DNA of 64,000 nucleotides from Candidatus Poribacteria bacterium (GTDB lineage Bacteria; Poribacteria; WGA-4E; WGA-3G): NCBI GenBank assembly GCA_963663765.2, contig CAXXUA010000015.1, positions 128,001 to 192,000 of the forward strand, read 5' to 3'. Shown piece by piece: positions 59,178 to 64,000 of this stretch (position 1 is its first letter; each line of letters starts with the position of its first letter). The notes under the pieces were generated by a model. It saw only the letters and a program-made list of their open reading frames with translations, ran no database searches and was not told where the DNA came from. The position numbers and the translations under genes were made by a program.

Positions 59178-59443
59178 TAATTCTGCAAAATTGAAGTGTG
59201 TTTAGATAAGAGAGTAAGAGATTCATTCGCAAATATGAATCTAAAGGGAATTATCGCGTACTATATCAAAAATATCGTTTATTTTGCTGATTATAATTTC
59301 CCTGTTAGTAGAATTTACAATTAATGGGACAGATCACAACGTGCAGGGAAACCCTGTCCCTACGGGTTTTGTGGTAGTTCCAAGTTCATTGAAATGTCTC
59401 TATAATTCTAATCTTTACTATAGAAATGGTGTTATCTGGTTTA

Positions 59444-61129
59444 TTATTCTATATTTGGGTCTAATTCCTTTGCTTTTGCAAAGTCTACTATTGCATCTTC
59501 GTGATGTCCGAGTGCTTGTTTTGCTTTGCCTCGATTGTTGTATGCCTTAGCATATTTTAAGTTTAGTCTGATAGACATATCGTAATCTTCAATTGCACCT
59601 TCATGATCCTCAAGGGCAGCTTTTGCAGCACCGCGATTGTAATGGATAGCAGTGCGGCATGCGTCACATTCCATTTCTGACTGGATAGCTTCATCGCTGT
59701 CTGAGATGATTTCTTGATATAAGTTTTGCGCTGCTTCCGTATTCCCTTGTCGACTTTTAAGTTGTGCTAACTGATGTTTCACCTGTCCAATGTGATTATA
59801 GATGTATAGTCCTTTTAGTTTGCGGTTGATTGCTTCACTATAATCGTTTATCGTTCCTTGATATAATTTTCTTGCTTCTTTCAAGTTTCTGTGTTTTGAT
59901 TCAAACTGACCGAAAATATATTTTGCCATTCCCCGACTGTGGTAAGATTTTGCACGTTTCGGTTTTTTATTCATAACTTCGGAAAGATCGGCTATTGCCT
60001 CTTTATATGATTTTTTTGCTATATACAAATACTTCTGCTTTTTTTCAATGGGTTCCTGATTGATAACATCAGTAAACTCATCAATTATCGCTTGATATAT
60101 ATTCAATACATCTGATATTTCTCCTTCTGCAATTTTTCTTTTGGTAAAATGGAACCTAACTTTTGCTTGAATTTCGAACCAAGTGCCTTCTCCAACTAAC
60201 TTCCTTGTGAGTCTTTGAAAGCCTGAAACTAAAGAAAGTTTGATAAAACGACTCTGCCAAGAAAAGAATAACCCAAAACATGTAAGACTAAATCGTTCTC
60301 GATTGAGTTTATAAGCTGAGAGTGTATTGAGAAGAAATTCGTCTCGTTTTTCTAAGTAGAACATCACTGAAGCTCTGTTTCTGTAGACATCAGCCAAATC
60401 TGGATTGAGTCTAATGGCATCATCGTAGCATGCGATTGCCTCCTTAATGTCTCCATGTTGACGGCTAAGATATGCATCATAAGATTTTACATAAGCTTGA
60501 ATGCGTGGACGTTTTTGCCAGGTATCAAGTGATTCCACTTCATTCGTTTCATTCAACAAGTTTTTGAGAAGATTTGAGGCGATGTTTGTCCCCTCACTGG
60601 ATTCAGCTTCATCAACTGGTGGACTTCCAGAGCTGATAATAGCGATAACTTCACCTTTCGTATTCAGCACTGGGCTGCCACTATACCCCTGCATATCAGT
60701 CATATTGAACTCTGCGACGATATGTTTACCACTGTTTCGGATACTATTGACAGTGCCTTCCACGCGGTTTGTTTTCTTCTTACGATGTCCAAAAACACAG
60801 ATTTGTTCACCTTTGCGAACTTTCTTACTATTGCCGAGGGAAAATGGTGTACCTTCCTCTACGACCTTAAGAACAGCGAGGTCGTTTATGTCATCAAATG
60901 CGATGATACCTTCAACGGTATAGTCAGTTTCTGTATTGATGCATTTCGCAGTGATTGTTGATGCGCCAGCAATGACATGAACGTTGGTTGCGATTTTGTC
61001 AGATTCAATGAAAAACCCATTGCCTAAAGCATTAGATTTGTCCTCCTTATATTTCTTTTTCAAGCGAACCGTTGTTCCTATGAATTCTACTGTGTTCTGC
61101 AGGGATATATCATCTCTTTCTTGTTCCAT
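59444..61129 (-). CDS. trypsin-like serine protease with TPR repeats
   Basis: ATNVHV, DLAVL, GYSGSP triad; C-terminal TPRs (AYNNRG.A). Confidence 0.9.
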   Translation of the reverse strand: MEQERDDISLQNTVEFIGTTVRLKKKYKEDKSNALGNGFFIESDKIATNVHVIAGASTITAKCINTETDYTVEGIIAFDDINDLAVLKVVEEGTPFSLGNSKKVRKGEQICVFGHRKKKTNRVEGTVNSIRNSGKHIVAEFNMTDMQGYSGSPVLNTKGEVIAIISSGSPPVDEAESSEGTNIASNLLKNLLNETNEVESLDTWQKRPRIQAYVKSYDAYLSRQHGDIKEAIACYDDAIRLNPDLADVYRNRASVMFYLEKRDEFLLNTLSAYKLNRERFSLTCFGLFFSWQSRFIKLSLVSGFQRLTRKLVGEGTWFEIQAKVRFHFTKRKIAEGEISDVLNIYQAIIDEFTDVINQEPIEKKQKYLYIAKKSYKEAIADLSEVMNKKPKRAKSYHSRGMAKYIFGQFESKHRNLKEARKLYQGTINDYSEAINRKLKGLYIYNHIGQVKHQLAQLKSRQGNTEAAQNLYQEIISDSDEAIQSEMECDACRTAIHYNRGAAKAALEDHEGAIEDYDMSIRLNLKYAKAYNNRGKAKQALGHHEDAIVDFAKAKELDPNIE

Positions 61130-61137
61130 TAACGTTT

Positions 61138-61230
61138 TATACCGAATTAACGTGAGTCGTCTTGCTAAGTGTGCGGTTAGGAAACCGCACCTACCGTTGG
61201 AAAAAGATAAATTACGTTAATTTGGTATTA
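61138..61230. mobile_element. small TA-ended MITE (TATACCGAATTAACGT...ACGTTAATTTGGTAT) with REP hairpin
   Basis: Imperfect TIR; internal GTGCGGTTAGGAAACCGCACCTAC; ends within 10 bp of ATG 61129. Confidence 0.72.
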
Positions 61231-61490
61231 CTCCTATTTTGTCTATTCGTGTGCAGATTTATTACCAAACTTCGGGTTTCATTCTTTTGCTCTTGCTGCT
61301 TCGTGCAGTCCGAGTGCTTGTTTTGATAGTTCACAGTCGTTATATTACAATTTATGAAGTTTCTGTGGGGATTTTAGGTCCACGAAAAACATTCAATTAA
61401 GTATTGAAATGTAGTGTTGTTTTTTTGCAGAACACAGATGCAATTTGCACATTAGGTGAAAATCTGTTGATGCTCGTTGTTATGGTGATG

Positions 61491-62003
61491 TCAGTCGTTT
61501 TCTGTAATATATTTCTGTAGTGTTTTCACTACAATATTAGCCGTTTTTTCCATTTCACCAGGTTGTTTTGAAAACAGTAACAGCCCGATTTGAGTATGAT
61601 TTATCAGATTGTGGGTTTTGCGGTTTACAAAGTCCCAGTTTGCAGTTGCTATGTGTTTTCTAAGAACACTATTGTCAAAATAACGAATGAATTGCACTGA
61701 TGCTGCGATGTTTCCCAATTTTTGTGTAGGGCTCTTTCGGGGTTCTAAGAATGCTACTGTCAAAGTGTATCTGATATCTTTATCGTATTTTAAAACTGGT
61801 TCTACATTATCAAGTATCTTGATTGCCTCAAGTAAAGCATCTTCACCGTGCTTTTTGATGCCGTCAGTTTCTGCCTTGACTTTTACATAGACCTTTATTT
61901 TTTGGGCAAGTGTCGTCTCGTTTCCAGGTATACCCTCCAAAGACAAAGTAATAAGACTTAGAGATATACTCAATATCAATAAGCCAATCAAATATTTTCG
62001 CAT
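61491..62003 (-). CDS. hypothetical secreted protein
   Basis: AAGGA RBS; hydrophobic N-terminus MRKYLIGLLILSISLSLI. Confidence 0.6.
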   Translation of the reverse strand: MRKYLIGLLILSISLSLITLSLEGIPGNETTLAQKIKVYVKVKAETDGIKKHGEDALLEAIKILDNVEPVLKYDKDIRYTLTVAFLEPRKSPTQKLGNIAASVQFIRYFDNSVLRKHIATANWDFVNRKTHNLINHTQIGLLLFSKQPGEMEKTANIVVKTLQKYITEND

Positions 62004-62232
62004 TACGTCCTTCCTTTGTGTTGTTAGTGGGGGATTTTGCGTACCCCATTGGATGCCACATTGCAAATAAAATAGTTTGACCAGCAGACATTGTTAGTAC
62101 ATGCTTCTGCTTCGTAGATTGAATTTATGGCACTTTTTGACAATATATTTTCAAGCAATTTTCAGTAATGTGCAAAACCGAAAACTATTTATTTCGTATT
62201 TTTTAAATTTCACCATAACTGGACGAGTCCTC

Positions 62233-64000
62233 TTATTTTGCAGCACCAGACGAACTTTTGAGAATTTTATCCCAGTCCCACACAAGAATTGTGCCGTCTT
62301 GTCCCGTGCTGGCAAGTGTTTTGCCATCAGGTGAGAACACCAACGTTTGCACTGGCGCAGTGTGTCCATCAAGTGTAGTGAGTTTGTCTCCTGTTTCCGT
62401 GTCCCATAACTCAATTCTATGATTATTAAGTCCAGCAACAAGGATGCGATTGTCTGGTGAAAATATAAATGCTTCAACCGTTTTAACACTTTGGGACACT
62501 TCCTTAAAAGTGATAGGTTCCTTAATTTCAATCAAACGGATTTGTTTGAGAGTTGACATAGCAAGCAAATTGCCATTTGGCGAGAATGCCAGTGTATCAA
62601 TACTTTCCTTATAATAGATGCCACTGTTATCAGATTTGCCGCTGAATACCGGTTCCTCTCCAGTAAAAAGAAGTGTTAACAGAACTCCAGTTTTCGCATC
62701 CCACATCTGCACTTTTCCGTCCTTGGTTCCACTGACAAGTTTTTTACCGTCTGGTGAAAAAACTAAAGCATTGATTTTAGACTTAATCTTTCGCTCTCGC
62801 TTTCGCTTGCGCTTAATGTTCTGATATGAGAGGGATATATCAGGGAGAGATATATCAGTAGTCTCACCTGTCTCTGTATTCCATAGGCAAATCTCACCAG
62901 ATGTACCGAATGCCACCGTTTTTCCATCAGGTGAAAAAGTCACGGGTGATGCATAACCTTCTTTCGCAGCCAAAGTCTGCAACTCACGTCCTGTCCTAAC
63001 ATCACTCAGACGAACCAGTGGGAAAGCACTATTACCTTTTATTACATTTACACCGGAGCTGGCGAACTTTGTCCCATCAGGTGAAAACGCTGAAGTCGAT
63101 ACCATCCAATCTCTATGGCTTTCTGGGTAGAAATTGATTTTTTGTAAGGCATTCGAACCTGTTTTTTGTGATGTTTTCGCATCCCAAATGCTAATTACCT
63201 GATCATAAGCGACACTTGCAAGCGTGGTGTTATCTTTAAAGAAAGTTACTGCTTCCACCTCCATTGTGTGTCCGGTGATGCGTGTGGGTAATAGATTCCC
63301 ATTATTGATATTCCAAAATCGGACTGTGCCATCTGCACTTCCACTGGCAAGTGTGCGATTATCTGGTGAAAACATTAAAGCATTGATGCCGCCAGTATGA
63401 CCTGTGAAAGTTGTGATAGGTTCACCAGTGGCGATATCCCACAATTGCACTGTCTTATCTCTCCCTCCGCTGGCAAGCATTTTTCCATCCGATGAGAATG
63501 CTAACGCGTTGACCCACCCCGTGTGCTTGTCAAGGTAAATAGATTCCTTGCTGTTGATATCCCATAATTGTAATGGAACTATTTCATTATTATTTTTACC
63601 TGCACTCGCGAGACGGGTGCCATCAGGTGAAAATTCCAAGGCTAAAAGAGATATGTTTCCCTTGAGTGTAAACAGTATTTTGCCGGGTATTTTGCCGGTT
63701 GTTGTGTCCCACACCTCAATCTTGGTTCCTACGCCAATTGCAAATTTATCATGTGTGAGCGCATAGCATCCAGGATCAACGAACTTCCCTGGGTGTATCT
63801 GTCCTTCAATATGTTTCCACATTCCTTTGCCGGTTTCAACATCCAGCCGGCTGAATGAGTCTCCCTCGTCACCCAAAGCAAAAAGTGTTTTGCCATCTGC
63901 AGAGAACCGTAATTCTGAAGCATTCGGCAAAAAACGAGTGAGTTGCATTTTCTGACCGGTAACTACTTCCCACAACTGCAGTCCCATTGAGTAAAACCGG
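62233..64000 (-). CDS. WD40 repeat protein, partial (likely third ECF-WD40 paralog; 5' end outside window)
   Basis: WD40 repeats collinear with 56185-59100; ends GTILVWDWDKIL. Confidence 0.88.
   Translation of the reverse strand, partial: RFYSMGLQLWEVVTGQKMQLTRFLPNASELRFSADGKTLFALGDEGDSFSRLDVETGKGMWKHIEGQIHPGKFVDPGCYALTHDKFAIGVGTKIEVWDTTTGKIPGKILFTLKGNISLLALEFSPDGTRLASAGKNNNEIVPLQLWDINSKESIYLDKHTGWVNALAFSSDGKMLASGGRDKTVQLWDIATGEPITTFTGHTGGINALMFSPDNRTLASGSADGTVRFWNINNGNLLPTRITGHTMEVEAVTFFKDNTTLASVAYDQVISIWDAKTSQKTGSNALQKINFYPESHRDWMVSTSAFSPDGTKFASSGVNVIKGNSAFPLVRLSDVRTGRELQTLAAKEGYASPVTFSPDGKTVAFGTSGEICLWNTETGETTDISLPDISLSYQNIKRKRKRERKIKSKINALVFSPDGKKLVSGTKDGKVQMWDAKTGVLLTLLFTGEEPVFSGKSDNSGIYYKESIDTLAFSPNGNLLAMSTLKQIRLIEIKEPITFKEVSQSVKTVEAFIFSPDNRILVAGLNNHRIELWDTETGDKLTTLDGHTAPVQTLVFSPDGKTLASTGQDGTILVWDWDKILKSSSGAAK

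Noticed and set aside
61259-61325. Separate gene
   Set aside because: Only a degraded copy of the 3' end of the protease-TPR gene (59444-59525); no ORF.

Overview
AT-rich bacterial chromosomal window. The content (signal-peptide proteins ending in a KL(A/T)TTWxxLK motif, LamG, PhyH, giant TPR and ECF-sigma/WD40 proteins) suggests Candidatus Poribacteria; this is an inference. Housekeeping genes (bioB 3' end, endonuclease III-like, recD2, thrC, panB) are interspersed with accessory loci. The standout is a ~15 kb cluster (22.4-37.6 kb) of ten paralogous secreted proteins: signal peptide + metzincin-type Zn protease (HExxHxFGLxD, Met-turn) + ankyrin repeats (+/- degenerate trypsin-like domain) + C-terminal motif. 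The paralogs are visibly mosaic, joined by conserved linkers, and vary most in the presumed substrate-binding segment. Other notable items: an EhpF/GriC-like adenylating enzyme and EhpG/GriD-like reductase next to PQQ-type beta-propeller genes; tandem ECF sigma-TM-WD40 fusions sharing a putative autoregulatory promoter; a MITE-disrupted orphan toxin/immunity module; and a dense set of non-autonomous mobile repeats (at least five MITE end types, most with REP-like hairpins, with 5-, 10- and ~19-bp target duplications, plus a 36-bp hairpin that nests inside other repeats). No rRNA, tRNA, CRISPR array, transposase or reverse transcriptase was recognised.
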